Source of the DNA: Planktothrix sp. GU0601_MAG3
GTDB lineage: Bacteria > Cyanobacteriota > Cyanobacteriia > Cyanobacteriales > Microcoleaceae
NCBI GenBank assembly: GCA_035193785.1
Contig: CP136572.1
Coordinates: 4,596,578-4,660,577, forward strand
Direction: 5' to 3'
Length of the DNA: 64,000 bases
Made by a program: the position numbers and the translations under genes. Each line of letters starts with the position of its first letter. The stretch's first letter is position 1. The notes under the pieces are model-generated. The model did no database searches and was not told the origin of the DNA. It was given only the letters and a program-made list of their open reading frames with translations. Positions 11,201-22,560 of the stretch are shown here, one piece after another.

Positions 11201-11979
11201 TCATAAAAACTCCAAGCATAACTACAAGCTTGAATAACTTTCACCGCTTCTTTATCTTTGGTCGAAAAAGCGGAAAAATATTGTTCTAATTTTCGAGAAA
11301 AAACCTCATAGTTATGCGTTTCTCCCGTATCAATTTCTAACCCACAAAATTGAGATTTTGAGCGAATATAATTCAACTCTTTTTTTAATAAATTTTTTAG
11401 AGTATCAATATTTTTAATATCCTGAATCGAATAGATCGCTGAAGTAGTAAAAGTCGATAAATCTACCACTAAAATTCGATATTGATCACGATAGCGAGTC
11501 AATAATAACGTATCTGCTTTTAAAAATTCCCCCGTGTTTTTATAGTGAATAATATCAACATTATTAAACCCTTGGGTTTCTAAAACCTCTCGATAAGCAT
11601 CGCTTTCATTTTTTTCGATCAAATTAAGACAGTTATCATTATAAAAATCGCATTGAAAATAGACAATCTCAATTTCTCGATCATATCTCCACCCCGTTGC
11701 TTCCCGATATTCTCGAATAAAAGTCACCCCGGAAGTCCAACCTTTTTGTAAAAATAATTTCACCCAAGTCGAAATTGTTTGGCGATCTGATCGATCAAAA
11801 TAATGATTTTCATTAGCTAATTTCTCACTAATTTTATAAAGATAAATCTTACTTAAGGGATTAACATAAATATCCTGATAGGATTGTTTAAATTGTCTTT
11901 GTTTAAAATAGGTTAAAATTCCCAAATTAAACCCAATTTCAAAGACTCGACCTAATTGTATTCCGAGTTGAGATATCAT
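8293..11979 (-). CDS. Large SF2 helicase-like protein with putative N-terminal PD-(D/E)XK-like nuclease domain
   Basis: Walker A GNPGIGKT, Ia YVSPR, II IDEITG, III TADAS, V TASASRGLSFP, VI QVIYRGRG; N-terminal ADTLLL...ILVVDLS...QACSY. Confidence 0.75.
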   Translation of the reverse strand: MISQLGIQLGRVFEIGFNLGILTYFKQRQFKQSYQDIYVNPLSKIYLYKISEKLANENHYFDRSDRQTISTWVKLFLQKGWTSGVTFIREYREATGWRYDREIEIVYFQCDFYNDNCLNLIEKNESDAYREVLETQGFNNVDIIHYKNTGEFLKADTLLLTRYRDQYRILVVDLSTFTTSAIYSIQDIKNIDTLKNLLKKELNYIRSKSQFCGLEIDTGETHNYEVFSRKLEQYFSAFSTKDKEAVKVIQACSYAWSFYDFLLKNCYLKSSDIVKFNCFGYSDRLINGISLSSDSSPAETPLKILKTCYEIYRHKLKINISENRKKVLNVIKSNASKSFKNGGNLVEAIIETKPNQITPITHQEVLKVRELDFFNTADTIPETLQRSLNLTQPNLSLRDAHAELIQRSLSDPQIPYLFLTGNPGIGKTTAIANYILHHLEVGTLLFYVSPRIQVNRDIIEKFRDPVTHQLNDNIICLNTNAMILNDQKGGCAVESYYHRFSEDVEIGKVRFLNASLERDYQLKSSQRVSRNSEEVSEVKPRNQAGVLASLSEAIHTCLIHPDQFPNNIIATASIQALKETRSGNTLKHLKRIFSSVYNSSTRRVIPEKIKLLSQRMRNIFIMIDEITGSPEGVAFLHGITNFIQEYDLLNPDYGFNIKVITADASLTLKDVVESHLSDQNVQADKIFVRQVSPTQQQCLWVDQFKFLNQYPATLINANSYPASQLTIDYQVLIHSVNDQENNEDDSTLINQMIDRIKSDILQRLNQNQGQIIVYIQNKDKLKKLIDLIAKQLPKFEVEKDYLEIHASLSEKEIANIQQFKDSVNVIFMTASASRGLSFPNTRYILVEIPGFQIEQNLMEIIQVIYRGRGGSLDQGEKFIKFYLSDKAIYFTPKVDQDNHPLSPAESQELAKISLQESCLSALNILIILKASIMTRIMGSGQIGFQSYVMIPIGGKSIKQGGDSFLGSMVTLYQELQKESKKCRQDQRLKEISQGLLNLLSAQKIEIYRPAVTSKTQQEVSYLSLGWEILSKLEKSLDQFLDLPPLEKTYVRGSLLIIPLSEKTVKEINYIDLSRIIALENSDFLKQLWGLVKGNYPKQIQTLVSSALELVYNLFEVKERSQQVIQTSKSCDRYYAFPIQTFLTFSELEEYFLSDRKCLTPTFQDILRRLVYSLASADNILPVDGNYKNLPYVVFNTNSMDKLGKNLFNENQLFHSKEMNILNLILSQN

Positions 11980-12007
11980 TAATTATTCCTCAATTTCTTA
12001 TCATTTA

Positions 12008-15000
12008 TCAATCATAGATCGCACTTCTAACACAGGTTAAAAATGCCAAAGTATTAAAATTAATATTTTTGGGAGAGTAAGTAAAACTAGAAAGTGTTCC
12101 TAATCCTTCATCTCCGATCAGTTTACTATAAGGATTTAACTTTAAAACGATATTAGTATTCTCATTATACCTTTTCTCATAACGGGAAAAATGAAACAAA
12201 AGAATATAGTTTAAAATCGTTTTTTGTAGAGGAGAAGAAGCATCTAATAACCCTGAAATCACATCTCTAGTATGTTCATCATCATAGATATTTAACAGGG
12301 TACTATAGCAAACTACACTATTAAAAATAGTTCGCTTTTTATCAACTGTAACTCCGGTGAACAAATTTAAAAATACTTTAGTTTCTTTGACTGGGATCAT
12401 TAGAGAGTTTTTTCAATTCTTCTACATCGGGAATATAGAAAGATTCTTGATTTTTAGTTTTCAAATTTAAAGCGGGATAGGTATCCATAAAAACGGGATA
12501 CAGTTTTAGATCTGGTTTTCCATCTTTGAGGTATTTAATCACCGTTTCCGACATAAAAAATAGGGAATCAGGATCTGATTCTGAGCGAATTAATCCTAAA
12601 CGTCTACTGTAGGGTGCTTTCGCAACATATAAGAAATGTCGATATCCTTTTTCTTCATATAATTTAGTGATTTCATCTCGAATTACCGTTGGTTTTTGAT
12701 ACAGTTGTTCATGCTTTTCGTTACTAGAAAAGGTTTTAAAGTTATTGATTTGGATGACATCGGATTTATCGGGATCTCTTTCAATTAAAACAATCTCACC
12801 ATAAATATTAGAAATCCGTTGGTTTTTGTCCGGTTCATTCCAAACCGCATCACTCACCCAACTGGAAACAACAATAATCGCTAATTTATCTAATTGTGGT
12901 TTAAAATCACTATTAAATTTAAACCGTTTGGGAAGGAAACAATAGAGAGAAGATAAAGCATTTCTAGTGCGGTATTCAATTCCTTTATTTTCCGTATTTA
13001 ACCCTTGATCATTTGCTAAACAATCTCGTCTTAAAATATGTGCTAAAGATCGAGTTAAAGTCCTTAAGTATTTATCATCTTCGCTATCCTCAACGGTACT
13101 TTGAACATGAAATCGCAAGATAGGAATAAACAAATTTTGGTCTTTGAGGGAATTTTGACAAATGCTAATACACAAATAGGTTAATAAACTAAAGACTTGG
13201 CGATAAATTCTTGCTTCAGGAGATTGATGATCTTTAAATATAGTTGCTCTCAGGTCGGTTATATTATAATAAATTGCTATTAGCTTTTTTTCTTCAAAAT
13301 GTTCCTTATAGAGAGGATGAGCTTTGAATTTTTCGCCTGGTTTTTTTATTTCTTCAGCATTTAATTTTCGGATCGGATAAAACACCACAGGTAGTGCTTT
13401 AATCCCATTAATATTATACCTAAGAGCAAATTTCTGTTCTTCTTCTACGGTAAAATAACGAACATCATCAAAGGTAAAAGTTACTTCTAAAGATGCTAAA
13501 GAGTCTGGACTTAGTTGATTTTCTCCGACTTTTAAATAAGCTAATGCTTCCCTCGCAGATGAGCGGGAACGACTGGTATCATCATCTTCTAGGTTGATTT
13601 TAAAAAAGTTTTGACTATTAATAATATCAATCGGTTTTTGGTGAAGAATATCCTTGTGTAAACGCAGTTTAACTGTTTTTTGTTCATAATTTAAAACTGT
13701 TTTTTGGATTAAAAAATCTTGCAAAAAAGATTTTAAACGATTGACTTTGCGATTAACTTCCCAAGCAGAATCAGCAATTTTATGTTTGATGGTTAATAAA
13801 AGTTGAGTAATTGCTTCTGGGTTGGTTTGATGGGACTGAAAAACCCTTAAAACTTCCTGTTCAAATTGAACAATAGGGTTATATTCCTCATCGGGGGTGT
13901 TTCCGATTTCATCAATCGCAAAAATTAGATAATACAAACAAACGTTTTTTAAAACTCTAGTTTTAAAACTTTTTGCTTTATTGGAATTTTGTAAATATTC
14001 TCGATGTCGGGGACTTTTGGGGTCGATTTCTGTAATATGATAATCCAAGGAAGATTTTTCATTATAAGCATTAACGGAACCATTCAGCTTTAAACGAATT
14101 CCTAAATTAAATTCTTTGAAATTATTACTATCGCGGTTATAACTTTCACCAATTACTCCTTCATAATCAGGAATAATGGGTAAACTCTCAAACGCATCGG
14201 ATTGAGCAAATACCGTTTCTGAGGTTGATGGTTTCCCCCAAATAAGTAATGTCATAATGGGCGTTATCTAAATTAGGATCGTTGACATATTCAATCACTA
14301 TTTTTAAGCGATTAATTAAGGTTTGTAACAGCGTCAAATCGGGGGAATTGGCGTTAGGATGAGTTTTTTTCCATCCTTTTTTGAGATACTCTAAATAGTC
14401 GATTTTTAGATCGCGTAAAAGACGAGGTAACGCTTCTTGATCGATAATGCTTCTCAGGTTATTTAAACTGGAGTCGGGTCGAGCTAATAGTTCATTGAAT
14501 AACCCATTGAGATCCCGTCTTTCTGATGAATCTTCCTCGGTAATAGTTTGAATATGATGTCGAATATATGCGCATAAATTGTCTTGAAAATCTGCTAATC
14601 CCGTAAACCGAATATTAAAATGATGTGCTTTAATAATCGCATCACTTCCATTGCTACGCTGGGGGGTAAAACTATTTTCTAGGGTTAAGCATTTGGAGGT
14701 AAATGTGGAGTGTTTGTTGAAATTATAGTTAAAGGGAAGGGAATCTTTTTCCTGATTAAAGTCTCCCAGGTCACTACAAATCTTAACTAGGATATTTTCA
14801 GGAGATTCAGGTTGACAAGCATCATTTAATTTTTCTTTTAATAACTGTTGAATTTGTCTGATTTTATCGCAGAACTTAGCAGTATCTTCAAAATTAACGG
14901 TAGCGGCGCGAATTCCGGTGGTTTGAGTTAAGGGATTGAGGTTTTTATTTTCAGTTGCTATTTTAACAGCAAAATCATAAGCACGAATTAGGAGACGATT

Positions 15001-15129
15001 TTGATCGGGAGACAGTTGAAAAATAGGGGTTTTTGTTTTAAGTTCTTTTAGAATAGCATCCAACAAGGGAATATAATCTAATTTAGGAAGGGAATCAAAG
15101 GTTTCTTGAAGAATATGTTGATCACTCAT
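12008..15129 (-). CDS. ~1040 aa hypothetical protein with putative divergent MID-PIWI (Argonaute-like) C-terminal half; frameshifts near 14216 and 12383
   Basis: Three ORF pieces join after removing one base at each GAAAC. Motif order ANDQGL...YRTRNALSSLY...LPKRF...LAIIVVSS...RHFLYVAK...LYPVF...ILLFHFSRY...LKLNPY follows MID-PIWI topology by eye. Confidence 0.5.
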
Positions 15130-15318
15130 ACCCAATTCATGTCATAATAATAACAGTTAGACTAATCTTACAATATTTTATGGTTCCTGTAAAGTCTCAA
15201 GCCAAAAATAACTCCCTAACTCTCACGAATCAGATATAATATAGAGGTTAGCTAATTTAGCCACCCTTTTCTTTTCTGTCTGATTAATTTTCACCCCTAC
15301 CTGTTATTATTAACCGTT

Positions 15319-16354
15319 ATGATTACTACTGCAAACTCGACATCAACTCCCCTACTAGGGTTATCTTTGGAACAACTCACCGACTGGGTAAAACAACAGG
15401 GACAACCTAGTTATCGAGGTAAGCAATTATATGATTGGATTTATCATAAAGGCGCGAAATCCCTAGGGGAAATTACGGTATTTTCTAAACAATGGCGGGA
15501 GACCGTTGGGGATGTTCCTATTGGTAGATCCACGGTTCATTATAAAGCGATCGCCCCCGATAAAACCATTAAATATCTATTAAAATTAGCCGATGGTCAA
15601 ATTATTGAAGCGGTGGGAATTCCCAGTGAAAAACGTTTAACGGTTTGTGTTTCTTCTCAAGTTGGTTGTCCGATGGCGTGTGATTTTTGTGCGACGGGAA
15701 AAGGGGGATTCACTCGCAATTTAGAACCCCATGAAATTATAGATCAAGTGTTAACAGTGCAAGAGGATTTCCAAAGACGAGTTAGTAATATAGTATTTAT
15801 GGGAATGGGAGAACCTTTATTAAACATAGAAAACGTGATTGCTGCGATTAAATCCCTGAACCAAGATGTGGGAATTGGACAACGAATGATCACGGTTTCT
15901 ACGGTTGGTTTACGCGGGAAAATTCGGGAATTAGCCGAATATGATTTACAAGTAACCTTAGCCGTGAGTTTACACGCTTCCTATCAAAATATTCGAGAAG
16001 AATTAATTCCCAGTGCGAAAGCTTATCCCCTATCCCAATTATTTGCAGAATGTCGAGATTATGTTAAATTAACCGGAAGACGGATTAGTTTTGAATATAT
16101 CCTTTTAGCGGGATTAAATGATTTACCCGAAACACGCCATAGAATTAGCCAGTCAGTTAAGAGGATTTCAAAGTCATGTTAACTTAATTCCCTATAATCC
16201 GATTCAAGAAGTTGACTATAAACGACCCAATACCCAAGGAATTAATGAGTTTATGGATATTTTAAAAGAGCGTAAAATTGCCGTAAGTGTGAGATATTCC
16301 CGGGGGTTAGAAGCGGACGCAGCCTGTGGACAATTACGCGCTTCTCAGGCTTAG
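15319..16354 (+). CDS. rlmN: 23S rRNA m2A2503 radical SAM methyltransferase; frameshift near 16131
   Basis: [41 protein letters not shown]. Confidence 0.95.
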
Positions 16355-16437
16355 ATTTTCCAGGGTATATTTTGATTATAGTGGTGTATTTTCCCCTATA
16401 CCGCTATAATTAAAACCCAAAATATAATATATAGACA

Positions 16438-17655
16438 ATGACTTCTGTACAATCTCCTCTCAGTCATCAACCTCCTGAAACCATCGCCTTAACTACAAAA
16501 GAATGGTTACAAACCAATCTATTTAATACTTGGTATAATACCCTAATTACGATAGGAATTAGTTCCCTATTATTATCAATGCTAACGGGGTTTATATCCT
16601 GGGCTTTTACTACTGCTAAATGGAGTGTAATACCCGCTAACTTTCCCCTATATTTTGTGGGACGTTTTCCCTCAGATCAATATTGGCGATTGTGGATAAT
16701 GTTAGGAATAATTGCTATTTTATCCGGTATAACCTGGGGATTTTTAGCTAGAAATAGCAGGATTTTATTTAGTAAAAATATTTTAATTGGGATGGGTTTT
16801 ATCGGGGTTTTAGCAGTTATTACTCCCACGCTAATAGTTTTCCGTCTGCTATTAATTGCGATGCTATTATTATTGATGGCGGGGGCTTCGGGGGGTAAAA
16901 CCATCGGAAATACTCAACCCGAACTAGGAAAATGGTTGCCCTTTTCTTGGTTTTTATTACTATTAATTTGTGTTTGGTTTATTGGCGGTGGACTGGGATT
17001 AAAAGTAGTTGAAACCAACCTATGGGGAGGACTAATGTTGACATTATTGATGTCAATTATTAGTATTTTATTATGTTTTCCCATCGGAATATTATTAGCA
17101 TTAGGACGACAAAGCAGTTTACCAGTTATCCGAATTTTATCAACGGTTTATATTGAAATCATTCGGGGATTACCCTTAATTACTATTCTATTTATGGGGC
17201 AAATTTTATTACCTTTATTCCTTCCCGAAGGGGCGCGACCGGATCGAATTTTACGCGCTATTATTGGATTAACTATGTTTAGTTCCGCCTATTTAGCCGA
17301 AAACATCCGAGGAGGGTTACAAGGGGTTCCCAGAGGTCAAACCGAAGCCGCCAAAGCCTTGGGATTAAATACCCCCTTAACGGTGAGTTTAATTATTTTA
17401 CCCCAAGCCTTAAAAGTTGCCATTCCTTCAATTGTCGGTCAGTTTATTAGCCTATTTCAAGATACAACTTTACTGTCAATTGTGGGATTAATGGAATTAT
17501 TAGGAATGAGTCGATCTATTTTAGCCAACCCCAAGTTTTTAGGGCGACATTTAGAGGTTTATATTTTCGTGGGAATTCTGTATTGGGTATTTTGTTATGG
17601 GATGTCGATAGCTAGTCAAAAATTAGAACAACAATTGAATACGGAGCATAAATAA
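16438..17655 (+). CDS. Polar amino acid ABC transporter permease (NatH/AapM-like)
   Basis: NLFNTWYN, LWGGLMLTL, IRGLPLI, AENIRGGLQ...GQTEAAKALG, FQDTTL. Confidence 0.9.
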   Translation: MTSVQSPLSHQPPETIALTTKEWLQTNLFNTWYNTLITIGISSLLLSMLTGFISWAFTTAKWSVIPANFPLYFVGRFPSDQYWRLWIMLGIIAILSGITWGFLARNSRILFSKNILIGMGFIGVLAVITPTLIVFRLLLIAMLLLLMAGASGGKTIGNTQPELGKWLPFSWFLLLLICVWFIGGGLGLKVVETNLWGGLMLTLLMSIISILLCFPIGILLALGRQSSLPVIRILSTVYIEIIRGLPLITILFMGQILLPLFLPEGARPDRILRAIIGLTMFSSAYLAENIRGGLQGVPRGQTEAAKALGLNTPLTVSLIILPQALKVAIPSIVGQFISLFQDTTLLSIVGLMELLGMSRSILANPKFLGRHLEVYIFVGILYWVFCYGMSIASQKLEQQLNTEHK

Positions 17656-17740
17656 ACCCTTTTTGTTTGGGGTGAATAGAATAGAAGAATAGAAGGCGAA
17701 TAGAATTCGCAGCTACACAAACAAAGTCCGCCTGCGCGGA

Positions 17741-17854
17741 CTAATAAGCATTTTCTGATGTCCTGTAATCTTTCCAGTATTTTTGAGCTTGATCAAAAGG
17801 TATTTTTCCATCGAATCTAACATAACGCCTAATTTTCTTGGGTTGTATTTCCAT
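17741..17854 (-). pseudogene. Internally deleted RelE/ParE-family (addiction module killer) toxin remnant
   Basis: MEIQPKKIRRYVRFDGKIPFD fused directly to QAQKYWKDYRTSENAY*, which resemble the N- and C-termini of cyanobacterial killer toxins with the middle missing. Confidence 0.6.
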
Positions 17855-18083
17855 ACTTTTGTTACATTTGCAGATAGCTTGATCAAGGATTCTATAATTT
17901 AGAGTAGGGTTAAACCTCTATTAATGTTAGTCACTAAAATTAGCACTCAACAACTCAATCAAATAGCAAAAATTCTCACGGATTTAATGTAACTAATATT
18001 CCATCCCTGAATGTTTCCTACAAATACTTGTTCGGGTGCTAATCACTTTTTTCTATCCCCAATTCGTAATTCGTATCTGCATT

Positions 18084-21000
18084 TTAAACATCGACAGAAT
18101 CCTGAATCCGATTTAGCCAGAGTTCAGCTTTAGAATAATTGTCTTTTTGGACTTGTCCAATGGTTTCCTTAAAGTTCAGTGTTACCCCCCAAACATCGCT
18201 AAAAAAGCGTTTTTCTTGCTTCATCCGGTCAAAGAATAGGACACTTTCCGTATGGGTGAGTTTTCCTTGCTTTTTCGCGATCGCCATCATCACCGCAAAC
18301 ACATCATCCGCCATCTTCGCATCCCCACAAACATAATAATGACACTGGGGATGGCTGAGAATTTGCCAGATTTTTTCGGGTTGCTGTTTCCATCAGGTTC
18401 TGTACATATTGCTTTTGTTCACCTAACCGCGAGAACGCCACTTCTAACCCGGTAAGAACGTTGCGATCGCGCCAGACTTGCAACTGTTCCTGATAAATAA
18501 AATCACTAGGATTCCGACAGCCAAAATAAAGGTGTGCTTCACCCAAGGTTATTCCCTGGTTTTGCAACGCTTCCCGATGTTCCAGGAAAGCAATCAGAGG
18601 AGACACCCCCGTTCCTGGCCCCACCATCAAAATCGGAGCCTGGGAGTCTGTCGGGGGGCGGAAAGCAGAAGTTAGAACCCCGATTCTCACCGAGGAACCC
18701 AGTTCCAGTCCGGCCAGATAATTAGAACAAAGTCCTTGCCGCACTTTCCCCGCATCGGTTGTCACTTGCAGCACACCAACGGTGATTTGAATTCGTCGGG
18801 GATGGAGCAGGGGACAGGAGGAAATAGAATAAAGCCGGGGTTTTTGCTTGGGTAACAGTTCCAACAGGGGAGCCAGTTCAACCGCAGCCGAAGGAAATTC
18901 GTCCAGCAGATCCACCACGCTCATAAAATTATCTGTAAGGTTTTTCTTCAGGGCGATGCTATCCGGGTTTTCATCCCCCTGGCGTAAAATTTCTAACCAG
19001 GTTTCCAGGCGATATTTTTCCTGGGGGTTCTGCACCACAGAATAGAGATAGGCCAGTAACTCGCCAAAGGGTTCCCGCAATGCCAGATCCAGATCTTCGG
19101 ACAAGACTTGATTAACGGTGTTGGGAACGGTAATAGGGGGTTGATCCTCTAACGCCTCCCCACTAGCAGTCCGATATTCCGCCGTAAAGTAACTATCAGA
19201 ATTGAGATTGAGGCGATCGCACAATCGCTGCACCAACTCAGGGGGATTACAGGGATACACCGCAACGTGATCCCCGGTTTCATATTGCAGATCCCTATGG
19301 GTCAAGTCAAAAGCAATCAAGCGGGTGGAACGACTTCCGGGAACCACTGCTTGCAGGAGTTCTTGATTGGCAACTACAGGAACAGAGATACCGGAATCCC
19401 TCGATCTCGGAGGGAGTAAGGCTTCAGCCAGAAACGTCACGGTGAGTTTCGGGGTATCGGTGGCGGTACTACCAGAAGTGGTATCTTCACCCATGACACG
19501 GGAAACTAAACCCAACCACTGCTTAAAGGTATCAGCCTGTCCTTTAATTTCATCGCCTTTGTGCATCGGGACAATGCAGTTCGCCCCGGCTTTTGCCAGT
19601 CCCTTATCGACGGAAACCCCAGCAGCACAGAACTGTTCATACACCGTGCTCCCAATGCCTAGAACCGAGTAATTTAAACCGTTGAGAGAATTTCTGGGCC
19701 GTTGTTGTAACCATTGGAGAAATCGCTTCCCGTTGCTGGGCATTTCCCCATTGCCAAAGGTAGAAGTCACCACCAATAACAGCTTTTCCGATGCCAGAAT
19801 ATCGGTGTTATATTCATTCAGTGCCATCACCTTTGGACGGTAACGACTGAGTTGACGGGCGGCTTTGCGGGCAAAACCTTCCGCCGTTCCGGTTTCTGAG
19901 GCATACAGAATCAAAATCCGATCCTGTTTATCGCCCTGCTCATCGGTAACGACCGTGAGTTTTTCCAAATCCAATCCGTCCTCAACCCCCCAACGGTCGG
20001 CTGCGTGATGATAGGCTGGTTCCAGGTAAAAATCTCGCATCTGGTGATGCCACACCGGACAGGCACTCCCTCCCGCCGCCGGAACCACCCAACCCCAATC
20101 CCCAGGACATTCCCGTCCGGCTTTCTTTTCCCGCAGGTCATGGGTGAGGAATTGGCGGGAGGCAGTTTGGTGATCCACCATCGTTACCTTGGCTTTTTGG
20201 AAGGAATAGAGGATCGCCGTATTCAGTTCTAAAGCCGCCCGATCGCGCCACAGGGTTTGTTCAGAAACTGGTATCAAGTTTCAAAACCTGGGCAATTTCC
20301 TCAATTTTGTTGTAGCGGTACTCATCGAGGAAATCCCGCATAATCTCGGTATCCATATACCAGCCATTGAAGGGCATACAGCCATAATGAATCCCGCCAA
20401 TGTGAACGGAGAAGTTACTAATGGCCGGAATAGCATACCAACGCATCCCAATGGCCTTAAATTCTGGGACGGTGGGATGTTCAATCTCCACTTCTAGCAC
20501 TTCCTCCGGTTTCCAGTGATACATCTTGGGAGTTTGACCCGGAAGCTCGATCACCAAGGGCAGAATATCGTAAGCGGTGGGAGGTTGGGGAGGTTCCCAG
20601 CCAAAGTTAATAATGGCAGTGGTGAGATCCAGATTCGCCGGATCGCCTAAAATACTGCCATCGGGCTGCCGATAGGCGGCATAGCGGAACAGTTGAGAAT
20701 TCCAAATCCTCGGCCCCCAGCGTTCCTTGGGCTGTCGGGGGCGAAATACCGTCATGGTGATTTGTAGGTTGCCCCCATTGGCGGCAAATTGGGCGTGTTC
20801 CTGAAGTTCGCGGAACATTTCGTCGGGGTCAGTGATATGACGGCGATCGCGCACCACCATATTATTCCAAGCAATTCGCCCCACACATTTAGAGGCATTA
20901 CGCCAAGCCACCTGAGTCCCATAGGCGACTTCTTCATAGGTATGGGTATAGGTTCCCGTGGCTTTGACTTCCTCCTGAATTTCTTTCCAGCGTCGTTCCC

Positions 21001-22469
21001 TATCCTCTGCTTCCCAAGCCTGTTCAGAGGCAATCAAATTCAGAAACTGTTTGGCTTTTTTCAGTACCCGTTCTTGATTGACCATGGGCATTTTCACCAC
21101 GTTGATGACCCGATCCAGCAAGATCTGCCACCCTTGACGCAATTCGGGGGTAAAGTTGGGCAAGTACCGTTCAAACAGAACAAATAGGGTTTCTGAGATC
21201 GCCGGATAAGCACAGGTCGGTACGTCGGCAAAGCTGTGAACCTGTCCTAAAAACCTTAGTTCTTGCAACATCTCATCACTGCTACCAGTTCTCAGACAAC
21301 GTACCAAAAATTCTAGGGCTTGGAATAAATGTAATGATAAATAATCCATATCTGCCCGCCCAAAAATAGGCAAAACAAAGGGATATTTCTCAAACAGAAT
21401 TTGATAAAATTCCATCCCCATTTGTTGCTTATTCTGGCTAAAGATATCCCAGCAAGCTGCCATTTCCTGTAACAATTCCGGGGGTAATGCGGCTTCATAC
21501 TGATGGCAGGTTTCCACCATCGGCAGAATAATATAAGTATTAAAAAATTTGTAAAGTGCAGAATTCTGACCTTTTTTTAAATCTTCGCGATCATATTCTT
21601 CTAAATAGGGAATTGATGGCAACATCCACATCCATACCTGTCGCGCCTTCAGCCAATGTTCCGGGCGCAGTCCCGCATCGGCAAACAAATTCCCATATTC
21701 AGCAACGGTTTTCAACCCATGTTCTCGTTCTGGGGGAACACCCATCAAAGGTTCACCGACAATCACTTGGGTTTCCGGTTGGAGTTGGTGAATAGCACAG
21801 TCGAACAACTCATAGAAAAAGTCGCTGATGCTATCAATTGATTCTCCAAATAAATACTCAAGTTCTGGTTCTTCTAACAACAGGCGCTTGAGGAATTTTT
21901 CCATTTGTAACTCTTTCCACGCCCGCAACTTATTCCAGATATCTTTAATAATGACTTCATCCTGTGGCGTTAGGGATGTGGCTGGAGGAAGCTCAAATTC
22001 AACTTTTTCCGCCTTCCCACGCCGACCCAAACTACTCTGTTTATTAAATAATGTCACCGTGTTGCTACTACCCTCACTGCTGCTTTGGGTTAAGCGAACT
22101 TTCAGCTTGAGTTGGGGGGCTTGTTCCCAGGTGGTGATCGGAAATTCTAGTTCCGCATTGCGATCGCCATTTAAACAGTTCTCAGTCGCAAAGGTCACGG
22201 TTTCCCGCATCCTGCCAGGGATGGGTAATATCTCCTTCCCGATAACATATAGTAATGGCAATGGTGCAGTCTCCCTGATTCTTCAAATCCACTAACCAGT
22301 TGGGCTGCATTCGAGCCAATAGATCCTTTTGCAGTCCAGTCCCCCCCTGATTAGAAATGACCTGCACTCGGCACTTATACTTGTAGCGGTTGGCAATGGG
22401 CAACTCAGTCGCAGAAACTTCAGTCAGATGGAGAATTCTTTGGGTGTTCAGGGTTTGAAGATCGTGCAT
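18084..22469 (-). CDS. nos: Full-length nitric oxide synthase, syNOS type (N-terminal extension, globin-like domains, NOS oxygenase, flavodoxin/FNR reductase), ~1460 aa; frameshifts near 22201, 20266 and 18388
   Basis: Heme motif [32 protein letters not shown]; globin [11 protein letters not shown]...[66 protein letters not shown]; ends RFFSDVWG. Confidence 0.92.
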
Positions 22470-22560
22470 CTTGATAGCGGTAAACGAGGACTGGAACTAG
22501 GACAGTTGTGCAACATCCTAATCTATCTTAACGTCAGTATTATCCCAGATCATGTATTCT

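Noticed and set aside
8293..11979. Cas3 or type I/III restriction subunit
   Set aside because: No HD domain, cas genes, array, methyltransferase or specificity subunit nearby
16380..16410. NtcA box upstream of the amino-acid permease
   Set aside because: GTA-N10-TAC spacing does not fit the GTA-N8-TAC consensus
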